A stretch of 64,000 bases of DNA from an uncultured delta proteobacterium (GTDB lineage: Bacteria > Desulfobacterota > Binatia > Binatales > Binataceae), in the NCBI GenBank assembly GCA_963711565.1, contig CAVQEQ010000001.1, positions 288,001 to 352,000 on the forward strand, given 5' to 3'. Positions 37,007 through 46,073 of this stretch are shown one piece after another; position 1 is the stretch's first letter, and every line of letters starts with the position of its first letter. The notes under the pieces are model-generated. The model made no database searches. It saw nothing but the letters and a program-made list of their open reading frames with translations, and was not told where the DNA came from. The translations under genes were made by a program, and so were the position numbers.

Positions 37007-37930
37007 ATGGAAATAATTCGCGACCTCGACGCGCTCGCGCGCCATCCGTACCCGGTCACCGCGATCGGAAATTTCGACGGCGTCCACCTGGGCCATCGCG
37101 CGATACTTAACGCGGCGATCGATCGCGCGCGCGCCGCCGGCGGCACCGCGTTCGCGCTGACCTTCGATCCGCTGCCCGCCAAGCTGCTGGCACCGGCGCG
37201 CGCGCCGCGGCTTATCCTGACTCCCGATGACAAGCTCGAATTGCTGCGCCTGTCGGGCATCGACGGCGTAATCGTGCTCAACTTCACCCTCGAGCTGAGC
37301 TTGCTGCCGCCGCGCGATTTCGTCCGCGAATACCTGTGCCGAAAGATCGGCGTGCGCGAAGTGGTGGAGGGACAAAACTTCAGATTCGGGCACAACCGCG
37401 CGGGGACCCCGGCCGTGATGGTCGAGCTCGGGCGCGAACTTGGCTTCGAGACCGATGTAGTCGGGCCGGTGAAAGTGGACGGCATCGAAGTCAGTTCAAC
37501 CAAAGTGCGCGAAGCGATCGCGGTCGGCGACATGCATCGCGCGGCCCGGCTGATGGGCCGTTACCACTTCCTGGCCGGGCCGGTGGTGCGCGGCCGCGAG
37601 CGCGGACGGACGATCGGATTTCCGACGGCGAATCTTGCGAGCGAAACCGAATGCCTCCCGCCCGACGGCGTTTACGCCACCCGCGTCATCCTCGACGACG
37701 GCGCCTACCCGTCGATCACCAACGTCGGAATGCGCCCGACATTCGCCGAGAGCGCGCGCTCGATCGAGGCGCACATCTTCGACTTCACTCGCGACATTTA
37801 TGGACAGCGAATCAAGCTCGAACTAATCGAACGAATCCGCCCCGAACAAAAATTCGCCACCCCCGAAGCGCTGAAAGAGCGGATCGCGGTTGACCTGAGC
37901 AAGGCCCGCGAAATCCTCTCGGCCGCGTAA
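37007..37930 (+). CDS. ribF: Bifunctional riboflavin kinase/FAD synthetase
   Basis: GNFDGVHLGH, VSSTKVR, GRTIGFPTAN, GVYA, GMRPTF, EAHIFDF. Confidence 0.95.
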   Translation: MEIIRDLDALARHPYPVTAIGNFDGVHLGHRAILNAAIDRARAAGGTAFALTFDPLPAKLLAPARAPRLILTPDDKLELLRLSGIDGVIVLNFTLELSLLPPRDFVREYLCRKIGVREVVEGQNFRFGHNRAGTPAVMVELGRELGFETDVVGPVKVDGIEVSSTKVREAIAVGDMHRAARLMGRYHFLAGPVVRGRERGRTIGFPTANLASETECLPPDGVYATRVILDDGAYPSITNVGMRPTFAESARSIEAHIFDFTRDIYGQRIKLELIERIRPEQKFATPEALKERIAVDLSKAREILSAA

Positions 37931-37989
37931 GTTTTTCCTTTCGACCGGTCCCCATTCCGCCAGAAGACCTTCCACAACTGGGCCGCGCA

Positions 37990-38071
37990 TCTTCCCCTCT
38001 CCCAGGATGGGAGAGGATCGAAGGTGAGGATCCTTTTGCAGCGCGCTCCTTTGCGCGCGATTCGAGATTCT
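37990..38071. repeat. ~82-bp dispersed element, copy 2 (inverted relative to 9515-9596)
   Basis: TCTTCCCCTCTCCC..GGGAGAGGATC.AAGGTGAGG...TGCAGCGCGC...CGCGCGATTC.AGATTCT. Confidence 0.8.
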
Positions 38072-38298
38072 GGCCTCTGCTTGGGCGTGTCCACCAAGGT
38101 TATGCAAAAGTCTCTCGAGGGAAGTATCCGGCTCTTACCTCGCCCGTTATTTTACGGGAGAGGCGGCCGGCCGCACCGCGGCCGGTAGGTGAGGGTTCTG
38201 CGGCGCAGCACTTTTGCCCAACCGCTAGTATCCCGTCCCGCAAATATCTTCAAAAAGTTCTGGTTCATTCTCGCACGATCAGCCAAGGCACTCTCTGG

Positions 38299-38494
38299 TC
38301 CGGTTCCCCCTTTCCGCCCCGGAAAGGGGGCTAGGGGGATAGGACGGCGGCAACCACGCCGCATTCCGGTTCCCCCTTTCCGGCTCGGAAAGGGGGCTAG
38401 GGGGATAGGACGGCGGCAACCACGCCGACACTCCCCAGCGGATTTTCCTCTTCCCCTTCCCCATTCTTTCTGGGGAAGGGGTTAGGGGTTAGGG
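38299..38494. repeat. Tandem 66-bp duplication of a hairpin repeat plus a third variant ending GGGGAAGGGGTTAGGGGTTAGGG
   Basis: Units 38299-38361 and 38365-38427 differ only in the hairpin loop. Confidence 0.9.
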
Positions 38495-38527
38495 CTTTGT
38501 TCTTCAAGTCATTTATGGGACGCCGCA

Positions 38528-39412
38528 CTAGCCAATCTTACTCGCCGGTTCGATCCAGTCGCGCGCGAGCCGCTCGATCCATCCGCCAATCTGCGACTCG
38601 TCTTCCGGCGGACTGGCGAGTATCACCAACTCATTCACTCCGGCAGCGCCGTACTTCTTCAAATCGTCCGCGGTGATCTTCTTGGTGTACGGGCACGCGA
38701 TAATTTCGACTTCGCTCGCGTCGCGGCCGTTGGCTTTCAGCATCGCGCGCAGCTTGTCCGCCAGCGGCGCGGCGTCGTCGGGGCCGACATTGAAACCGAA
38801 CCATCCGTTGCCGATGTCCGCCGTACGCTTTAGCGCGGGCCCGCTTTCGCCGCCGAAGATTATCGGCAGTTTCCCGCCGCGCACCGGCTTCGGAAAACAT
38901 TTCGCCGCATCGAAATTCACGAACTCGCCGTGAAAGCTCGCCGCGCCGTCCGACCACAGCCGCCGCATCACTTCGATATACTCACGCGTCCGCTGCGCCC
39001 GCCGCTCGAACGGAATCCCAAGCGCCGCGAACTCCTCCGCCGACCATCCGATTCCCACGCCCAGCGCGAAGCGGCCGCCCGACAGCCGGTCCAGGCTCGC
39101 GGCTTCCTTGGCCAGCACGACCGGGTTGTGCTCCGGCACCAGGCAGATTCCCGTCGCCAGCCGAATCGTTTTGGTGACGGCGGCGGCAAACGTCAGCGTG
39201 ATGAATGGATCGAGCCAGTCGGCATCGCCGGGCAACGGGAAGTCGCCGCTCGCGGCATACGGATACTTCGAGTCCTGGCGATCGAACAGCACGACGTGCT
39301 CGCCGACCCACAACGTCGAAACGCCCCGACGCTCAGCCTCCGCGGCCGTCTTCAGAATCGCGCCGGGACGCGCGCCGGTGCCGATTCCAAGCGCGAACAG
39401 TCCGACCTTCAT
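38528..39412 (-). CDS. LLM-class (probably F420-dependent) oxidoreductase
   Basis: LWVGEHVV, DPFITL, LDRLSGGRFALGVGIGW, PKP. Confidence 0.88.
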   Translation of the reverse strand: MKVGLFALGIGTGARPGAILKTAAEAERRGVSTLWVGEHVVLFDRQDSKYPYAASGDFPLPGDADWLDPFITLTFAAAVTKTIRLATGICLVPEHNPVVLAKEAASLDRLSGGRFALGVGIGWSAEEFAALGIPFERRAQRTREYIEVMRRLWSDGAASFHGEFVNFDAAKCFPKPVRGGKLPIIFGGESGPALKRTADIGNGWFGFNVGPDDAAPLADKLRAMLKANGRDASEVEIIACPYTKKITADDLKKYGAAGVNELVILASPPEDESQIGGWIERLARDWIEPASKIG

Positions 39413-40269
39413 TGCCCCGCTCCCGCACCATTTGCGACCGCGGCGACGGCCGGCGCCTTTACGAACTTGAGCATGAAGCGATCGGTTTCGCCGCGATGCT
39501 TGAACACGTACCAGGTGCGATCGTCTTCAGGATGGCGCAACGCGCTCGACGCGCCGTACAGTTTGAAGCCGGACTTCTCGACATCCTTGATCAGAAAATC
39601 TTCGTCGATCCGATGGAGCGTCGTGGTCTGCGTATCGCCCGTGCCCGGCTTGGCGCTGTGATCAACGATCCCGTAAATCCCGCCGGGCTTGAGCGCCTTG
39701 AACACTGCCGCGTTCACGTTGTCGCGATTGAGTTTGAGGCCGACCATGTCGTGGTAGTTGAGATGGATGATGACGGCGTCGAGCGAGTCGGGCGGCACCG
39801 GCAGCAGGTCGGGCGCGTCGAAGGGTTTGCTGACCTTGACCACGTTCTTGAGCGCGGGCTCTTTGAGCCGTTCGTTCCACTTGTCTTCAATTTGCTTGAA
39901 CTGCTTGGGAAAAGGGCCGTTCTGCGAGTAAACGGCGCCGTTCGGTCCGACGATTCGCGCGTAGAGCTCGGTCATGTAGCCGCCGCCCGCGAAAACGTCG
40001 GCGATTTTCATGCCGGGCTTGATTCCATAAAAAGCCAGGATCTGATCGGGGCGCCGTCCGGCGTCGAGCGCCTTGTCGGCAGCGGGCCGATCGGGCGAGT
40101 TGATGGCGGCGGTGATGTCGGCGGGAATCTGCGACGCGGGAATCGGCGCGCTCTCAGCCACGCCAGTCGCGACGTGCACAATCTGCGCCCGCGCCGGCGA
40201 CGAGCTCAAGGCGAATCCAGCGAATGCGATCATAGTTGATAAGATTCCGATCCGCGCTCTGATAGTCAT
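39409..40269 (-). CDS. Exported SAM-dependent methyltransferase-like protein
   Basis: Signal peptide, DVFAGGGY motif I, LKPGGIYGIVDH. Confidence 0.8.
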   Translation of the reverse strand: MTIRARIGILSTMIAFAGFALSSSPARAQIVHVATGVAESAPIPASQIPADITAAINSPDRPAADKALDAGRRPDQILAFYGIKPGMKIADVFAGGGYMTELYARIVGPNGAVYSQNGPFPKQFKQIEDKWNERLKEPALKNVVKVSKPFDAPDLLPVPPDSLDAVIIHLNYHDMVGLKLNRDNVNAAVFKALKPGGIYGIVDHSAKPGTGDTQTTTLHRIDEDFLIKDVEKSGFKLYGASSALRHPEDDRTWYVFKHRGETDRFMLKFVKAPAVAAVANGAGAGQ

Positions 40270-40369
40270 TAGGATTCTCCGAGTGACGCAGGGTTTGTTC
40301 CGACGATTCGCCACAATTCGACAGCTAACACACCAATCGCAAACCGGGCAACGCGCACTTCGCTGACGG

Positions 40370-41047
40370 TCACCAAATCAAAGGCACCAGGTGATACCTG
40401 ACCTTGCTTTGATATTCGGAATAGCCCGCGAGGTTCTGCGCCAGGAATCTTTCTTCGTCGAGCAGTCTCCACACGAGAACCAGGATCATCGGAATGATCG
40501 CGAGCAATCCCCACAACGAGCCGAGCGCGAGCGGCACGCCGATCAGCATGACGAGTGCGCCGATGTACATCGGATGACGCACCAGCGCGTACGGCCCGGT
40601 CGTGACGACGCGCTGCTCGTCGCCGATTTCGATGATCGCGGAGGTGAAAGTGTTCTCCTTGAACACCAGAAAGACGAAATAGAGTCCGAGCGCGACCAGC
40701 ACGTCGCCGAGCACGGACAGGTACGGCGGCACCGATGACCATCCGAACCGATGATCGAGCGCGGAGAATACGAATATCGCGACGAACGCCACCATCGCCA
40801 TGCCCTGAATGATCTTCTGGCTCTTCTCCCGCTCCGAGCCCGGACCCGCCTTGAGGCGCCGCTCGAGCAGTTTCGGATCGTTTTTCACCAGGTAAAGATC
40901 GATCGACAACGTGCATGCAAAAAACACCGCGAGCAGAATCCACGCCTGCCAGTAGTCGAACGTCCAGGCGGGAAGGAAGGTCAACGCAGCCATCACAACG
41001 ATGAGCTCGACCAGCCCCAGCGTCGCTTTTTTGTTGAGTTCCGTCAT
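40370..41047 (-). CDS. Isoprenylcysteine carboxyl methyltransferase family membrane protein
   Basis: VVTTGPYALVRHPMY, EERFL...Y; ATGA overlap with the upstream regulator. Confidence 0.85.
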   Translation of the reverse strand: MTELNKKATLGLVELIVVMAALTFLPAWTFDYWQAWILLAVFFACTLSIDLYLVKNDPKLLERRLKAGPGSEREKSQKIIQGMAMVAFVAIFVFSALDHRFGWSSVPPYLSVLGDVLVALGLYFVFLVFKENTFTSAIIEIGDEQRVVTTGPYALVRHPMYIGALVMLIGVPLALGSLWGLLAIIPMILVLVWRLLDEERFLAQNLAGYSEYQSKVRYHLVPLIW

Positions 41048-41586
41048 CTCGCGGCTGCCGCGCGGCTTCCCTTCGATCGCGCCGCAGGAGTCAGCCGTTT
41101 CGCATTGAGAAGCGCGGCCTCGGCCTTGCGTGCGCGCCACCTCTCCAGCATCGCGGGCAACTCGGTCTGGATAAACTCGAAGAACGCGAGCGTCTCGGCG
41201 ATCCGCGCGCCGGCCGGCGTGTCGCGTCCCACCGCGTCGATTCCCTCTCGCAGGGTGCGCTCGCATCGATCGAGCACCTGGTCCTTGCGCGCGATCGCCT
41301 CGTACCAGGTCTCGCTGTGTACGCGGTAATGCTCCCGCCGCGATCCAGGCTCCGCCTCACGGCTGGCAAGATTGACCTGCACGAGATAACTGACGGCGCT
41401 GGAAATCGCAGCCGCGCTGACATGCAGCATCGCGGCCAGCTCAGCCGCGGTCAGCCGTCCGGAATCGGTGGCGAGCAGAGCGGCAAATACCCGCGCCGGC
41501 ATCCGCGGGAAGCCCGACTCGGTCAGCACCGACGCAAAGCGCTCGATAAACGCGGAGCGGGCTTTACTAGTTTTCAATATCTTCAT
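41044..41586 (-). CDS. GbsR/MarR-family transcriptional regulator (start uncertain)
   Basis: GFPRMPARVFAALL, LTAAELA...SAAAIS, PGSRREHY. Confidence 0.85.
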   Translation of the reverse strand: MKILKTSKARSAFIERFASVLTESGFPRMPARVFAALLATDSGRLTAAELAAMLHVSAAAISSAVSYLVQVNLASREAEPGSRREHYRVHSETWYEAIARKDQVLDRCERTLREGIDAVGRDTPAGARIAETLAFFEFIQTELPAMLERWRARKAEAALLNAKRLTPAARSKGSRAAAAR

Positions 41587-41719
41587 AATATTATTAAAAT
41601 CAACAATAATGTGTTCCGTCAACTCATGTCAACCTGAATTGGCCCTTTTTTAGTTCAAGCCCCGGGGGAGTGGACGGGACGGCGTGCACGCGGCAAGATT
41701 GACCGTGCGGCGCTTCGCA

Positions 41720-43687
41720 ATGAACCCAGAGACGCAAACCAATTCTTCGGACATCGCGCCCGGCTTCGGCGGACTGCGCGTCGTCGCGTTCGAGAGCCGG
41801 ATGGCGGCCGAGGTCGCGTCGATGATCGAGCGGCGCGGCGGCGTCGCGATCGTCGCACCGGCGATGCGCGAGGTGCCGCTCGAAGACAATCGCGTGGCGC
41901 TGGATTTCGCCGAGCGCCTGCTCGGTGGTGAATTCGACGCGGTTATCTTCATGACCGGCGTCGGAACGCGCGCTCTGTTTGCGGCGATGGAAACACGGCA
42001 TCAGCGGGCGGCGCTGGTGGCAGCGCTCACCGCAATCACCACCATTGCACGTGGGCCGAAGCCGATTCGCGCGATGCGCGATCTCGGGATCGAACCGTCG
42101 ATCGTCGTGCCGGAACCGAATACGTGGCGTGAAGTGCTGAGTGCGCTTGCGGCGAAGGTCGAGCTCAAGGGCAAGCGCGTCGCGGTGCAGGAATATGGAG
42201 TCTCAAATCACGAGCTGACCGCCGGGCTCGAGGCGCGCGGCGCGCGCGTCGCGATTGTTCCGGTTTACAGGTGGACGCTGCCCGCCGATCGCGCACCGTT
42301 GCGCGCGGCGCTGAACGCGATTGCGGTGGGCGCTGCGGACGTAGCAATTTTCACCAGCTCGAACCAGGTGACGAACGTAATCCAGCTCGCCGAGGCCGAG
42401 GGAATCGGCGACGCCGTTAACCGCGGATTCGCGCGGATGGCGGTGGGCTCGATCGGGCCGGTTTGCTCGGAGCAGATTCGCGCGTACGGGCTGAGTGTGG
42501 ACTTCGAGCCCGAGCATTCGAAGCTCGGCCACCTCATCAAAGAGGCAGCGGCGCAAGCAACTTCGATTCTTATCGCCAAGCGCGCGAGCGCCGATCGGAT
42601 TGAAGCGGTCGCGTCGCCAATTCCGCAGCGCGCGGCGATTTCCAACGCGCCGCGTTCTCCGCTTGCCGATCATCCGATGATGAAGGCGTGCCGGCGCGAG
42701 GCGACGCCCTACACTCCGATATGGCTGATGCGCCAGGCAGGGCGCTACATGCCGGAGTACCGGCGCGTTCGCGAGCAGCACGATTTTCTTGATCTGTGCA
42801 AGCGGCCCGAGCTCTCCGCCGAGGTAACGGTCACCGCAGTCGAGCGGCTCAAGGTGGATGCGGCGATAATCTTCGCCGACATCCTGCTGCCGCTGATCCC
42901 GATGGAAGTCGGGTTGCATTACGAAAAAGGCGACGGGCCCGTGATCGATCGCCCGATTCGCACCGAGGCCGACCTCGACAAGATTCCCGAGGTCGATGTC
43001 GCGACGCTCGGGTTTGTCGCCGACGCGATCAAGCTCGTGCATCGCGCGCTCGCGGCCAAGACTCCGCTGATCGGATTTGCCGGCGCGCCGTTCACACTCG
43101 CATCGTACCTGATCGAAGGCGGCTCGTCGCGGCAATACCAGGCGACCAAGACTTTCATGTACACGCAACCCGAAACGTGGCATCGCCTGATGGAGCTGCT
43201 GGCGCGCGTCACCGCGGATTATCTGAAGATGCAAATCGCGGCGGGCGCCGACCTCGTGCAGATTTTCGACAGTTGGGTCGGCAGCCTCGGGCCCGACGAC
43301 TACCGCCGCTTCGTGCTGCCACATACGGCGTCGGTGATCGCGGCGATTCCCGCCGACGTGCCCGTGATCCATTTCGGCACCGTGACGGGGAACCTGCTCG
43401 AGCTGATGCGCGAGGCGGGCGGTGACGTGCTCGGCCTCGACTGGCGGGTCGATCTCGCGGACGCGTGGGCGCGGCTCAACTACAGCGTCGCGGTGCAGGG
43501 CAATCTCGATCCGATCGCGCTGTTCGCCGACGTTGGCGAGATCCGCACACGCGCGCGCGCGATTCTCGATCAGGCGGGCGGACGGCCGGGACACATCTTC
43601 AATCTCGGTCACGGAATCCTGCCCGAGACGCCGGTCGATCACGCGATCGCGCTGATCGACGCGGTTCACGAGATGAGCGCGCGCTGA
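41720..43687 (+). CDS. hemE: Fused uroporphyrinogen-III synthase (HemD) / uroporphyrinogen decarboxylase (HemE)
   Basis: N-terminal HemD (FESR, RGPKP, VPVYRW, FTSS, SIGP) and C-terminal WLMRQAGRYMPEY...FNLGHGI. Confidence 0.9.
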   Translation: MNPETQTNSSDIAPGFGGLRVVAFESRMAAEVASMIERRGGVAIVAPAMREVPLEDNRVALDFAERLLGGEFDAVIFMTGVGTRALFAAMETRHQRAALVAALTAITTIARGPKPIRAMRDLGIEPSIVVPEPNTWREVLSALAAKVELKGKRVAVQEYGVSNHELTAGLEARGARVAIVPVYRWTLPADRAPLRAALNAIAVGAADVAIFTSSNQVTNVIQLAEAEGIGDAVNRGFARMAVGSIGPVCSEQIRAYGLSVDFEPEHSKLGHLIKEAAAQATSILIAKRASADRIEAVASPIPQRAAISNAPRSPLADHPMMKACRREATPYTPIWLMRQAGRYMPEYRRVREQHDFLDLCKRPELSAEVTVTAVERLKVDAAIIFADILLPLIPMEVGLHYEKGDGPVIDRPIRTEADLDKIPEVDVATLGFVADAIKLVHRALAAKTPLIGFAGAPFTLASYLIEGGSSRQYQATKTFMYTQPETWHRLMELLARVTADYLKMQIAAGADLVQIFDSWVGSLGPDDYRRFVLPHTASVIAAIPADVPVIHFGTVTGNLLELMREAGGDVLGLDWRVDLADAWARLNYSVAVQGNLDPIALFADVGEIRTRARAILDQAGGRPGHIFNLGHGILPETPVDHAIALIDAVHEMSAR

Positions 43688-43691
43688 CGCG

Positions 43692-44615
43692 ATGGCCGCG
43701 AAAGCGAAATGCGACGCGGTCTTGATGATCGGATTCGGCGGACCGACGCGCGCCGACGAGGTGCGCCCGTTCCTCGACAACGTGCTGCGCGGACGGCCGG
43801 TCCCGCTCGAGCGCTACGAGGTAGTCGTACATCATTACGATCTGCTCGGCGGGCGCTCGCCGTACAACGATCTCACTCTGCGGCAGGCGGCCGCGCTGCG
43901 TGCGGAATTGGAAAAAAGATGCGCGCAAATTCCGGTCACGGTTGGGATGCGCAACTGGGAACCGTACGTTGCCGACTCGATGCGAGTGCTGGCTGACAGC
44001 GGTGCGCGCCGTGTGCTCGGCTTCATCATGGCGGCGCATCGCTGCGAGGCCAGCTTCGAGCGCTACCAGGCGACGGTAAACGACGCGCTCGCCACGTTGG
44101 GCGAAGCGGCGCCCGAGGTCGTGTATCCCGAGCCGTGGCACGATCATCCGCTGTTCACCGCGGCGGTGGCGTCGCGCGCGCGCGAGGCGTACTCGAGGCT
44201 GGAGTTCCCGGAGCGATCGCGCGCGCGGCTGATCTTCACGGCGCACAGTATTCCGCTCGCGATGGCGCAGGTCGGGCCGTATGTCGAGCAACTCACGCAG
44301 TCGGCGCGGATCGTCGCGGCGGACCTGGGAGTCGATACGTGGCAGTTCGCGTATCAAAGCCGCAGCGGCAGTCCGCGCGACGCGTGGCTCGAACCCGACA
44401 TCAAGGACGCGCTGAGCAACCTCGACGCGAAGACTGCGGTCGTCGTGCCGATCGGTTTTCTGTGCGATCACGTCGAGGTGCTGTACGATCTCGATATTGA
44501 AGCGGCGCAGGTCGCGCGCGACGCGGGTATCAGGATGGAACGCGCGCCGACCGTCGGTGACCATCCGCTGTTTATCGAGATGATGGCGTCGATCGTCGCA
44601 GCGCACGCGCGCTGA
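43692..44615 (+). CDS. hemH: Ferrochelatase (HemH/CpfC)
   Basis: GFGGP, GMRNWEPY, FTAHSIP, YQSRSG..WLEPD, GFLCDHVEVLYDLD. Confidence 0.93.
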   Translation: MAAKAKCDAVLMIGFGGPTRADEVRPFLDNVLRGRPVPLERYEVVVHHYDLLGGRSPYNDLTLRQAAALRAELEKRCAQIPVTVGMRNWEPYVADSMRVLADSGARRVLGFIMAAHRCEASFERYQATVNDALATLGEAAPEVVYPEPWHDHPLFTAAVASRAREAYSRLEFPERSRARLIFTAHSIPLAMAQVGPYVEQLTQSARIVAADLGVDTWQFAYQSRSGSPRDAWLEPDIKDALSNLDAKTAVVVPIGFLCDHVEVLYDLDIEAAQVARDAGIRMERAPTVGDHPLFIEMMASIVAAHAR

Positions 44616-44636
44616 TCGCGCGAGGGAGAACCTCGA

Positions 44637-46073
44637 ACGGGCACCGACTCACAGGTCAAGCGGGTAGCGGTGATCGGCGGCGGGATCGCCGGGCTCGCCG
44701 CGGCATATCGATTGCGCGAGCTGGCGGCGGCGCGCGAGTTCCCGCTCGACGTGCAATTGCTCGAGCGTAGTGCGCGATGCGGTGGCGCGCTGGAGACGAT
44801 CCGGCGCGACGGGTTTGTGATCGAGACCGGCGCAGATTCATTTCTGTCGGAAAAAGTTGCGGCTGCCGAACTGGCCCAGCGACTGGGACTCGGTGCGGAA
44901 CTGATTCCGACGCGCGAGATCTACCGCAAGACCTGCGTGGTGCGCGCAGGGAGGCTGGTCGAGATTCCGGCGGGGTTTTCGCTGCTCGCGCCGGCGCATC
45001 TCGGGCCGGTTTTTCGCAGCGCGCTTTTCTCGCCGCTCGGAAAATTGCGGATTGCGATGGAACCGTTCGTCGCCGCGCGCACGAGCGACGAGGACGAGAG
45101 TCTCGACTCATTCGTGACGCGGCGGCTCGGACGCGAGGTGCTTGAGCGCGTCGCGCAGGCGCTGGCGGGCGGAATCTACACCGCTGATCCGAAACGGCTG
45201 AGCATGCAAGCGACGATGCCGCGTTTCGTCGAGATGGAGCGGGCGCACGGCAGCGTCGTGAAGGGAATGCGTGCGGCGGAGCAGATGCGCGCGTCGAAGA
45301 GTTCGGAGGTGAGTGGCGCGCGCTGGAGCATGTTCCTGAGTTTCAGGAATGGAATGGCAACGCTGCCCGAGATACTCGTGGCGCGGCTGGGCGCGGCGAT
45401 TCGCAAAGGCTCGGATGTGGTCGGAATGTCGCGAAACGGAGACGCCTGGCGACTCGCGCTCGCGGGCGGCGAGTCTATCGACGCCGACGCTGTTATCTGC
45501 GCGGCGCCGGCGTACGCGGCTGCACGCATCGTGGCGACGATTGCGCCGGCGGCGGCGAAAATGCTCGGCGAAATCAGCTACGCGTCGTCGGCGACGGTCA
45601 ACCTGACGTATCGCGAGAGCGATTTTGACGGACCGCCGCGCGCGTTCGGTTTCGTCGTGCCGGCAAGCGAGAATCGGCGAATAATCGCGGGCAGCTTTTC
45701 GAGCTTCAAGTTCGAGGGACGCGCACCCGCGGGCGCAATCCTCGCGCGCGCGTTCGTCGGCGGCGAGATGAGCCGCGACATGATGAGCCTCAGCGACGAC
45801 GAGATGGTCGCCGCAGTGCGCGACGAGTTTCGCGAGCTGCTCGGAGTAAGCGTGGCGCCCGGATTCACCGAAGTCAGGCGATGGCCCGACTCGATGCCGC
45901 AGTATGAAGTCGGGCACCTCGCTCGTGTAGCGGAGATCGAGCACGCAACCGCGGAGATTCCGGCGTTCGCGATAGCGGGCGCGGCGTATCGCGGCGTCGG
46001 GATTCCGGATTGCATCCGCAGCGGCGAAGATGCGGCCGATGCGATCTTCGCGAAACTCTCGGCGATGAAATGA
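44637..46073 (+). CDS. hemY: Protoporphyrinogen/coproporphyrinogen oxidase HemY (start uncertain: ACG 44637 or GTG 44670)
   Basis: KRVAVIGGGIAGL FAD motif, ETGADSF, GIY, MPQYEVGH, GVGIPDC. Confidence 0.9.
   Translation, partial: TGTDSQVKRVAVIGGGIAGLAAAYRLRELAAAREFPLDVQLLERSARCGGALETIRRDGFVIETGADSFLSEKVAAAELAQRLGLGAELIPTREIYRKTCVVRAGRLVEIPAGFSLLAPAHLGPVFRSALFSPLGKLRIAMEPFVAARTSDEDESLDSFVTRRLGREVLERVAQALAGGIYTADPKRLSMQATMPRFVEMERAHGSVVKGMRAAEQMRASKSSEVSGARWSMFLSFRNGMATLPEILVARLGAAIRKGSDVVGMSRNGDAWRLALAGGESIDADAVICAAPAYAAARIVATIAPAAAKMLGEISYASSATVNLTYRESDFDGPPRAFGFVVPASENRRIIAGSFSSFKFEGRAPAGAILARAFVGGEMSRDMMSLSDDEMVAAVRDEFRELLGVSVAPGFTEVRRWPDSMPQYEVGHLARVAEIEHATAEIPAFAIAGAAYRGVGIPDCIRSGEDAADAIFAKLSAMK

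Noticed and set aside
38299-38427. Two 63-bp palindromic units resembling a mini CRISPR array
   Set aside because: The sequence following each hairpin is identical rather than a unique spacer, there are only two units and no cas genes; it is a tandem duplication of a dispersed repeat.
44613-44650. Selenocysteine readthrough of the hemH TGA
   Set aside because: No convincing SECIS hairpin, and the position is an inter-domain linker rather than a catalytic Cys site.
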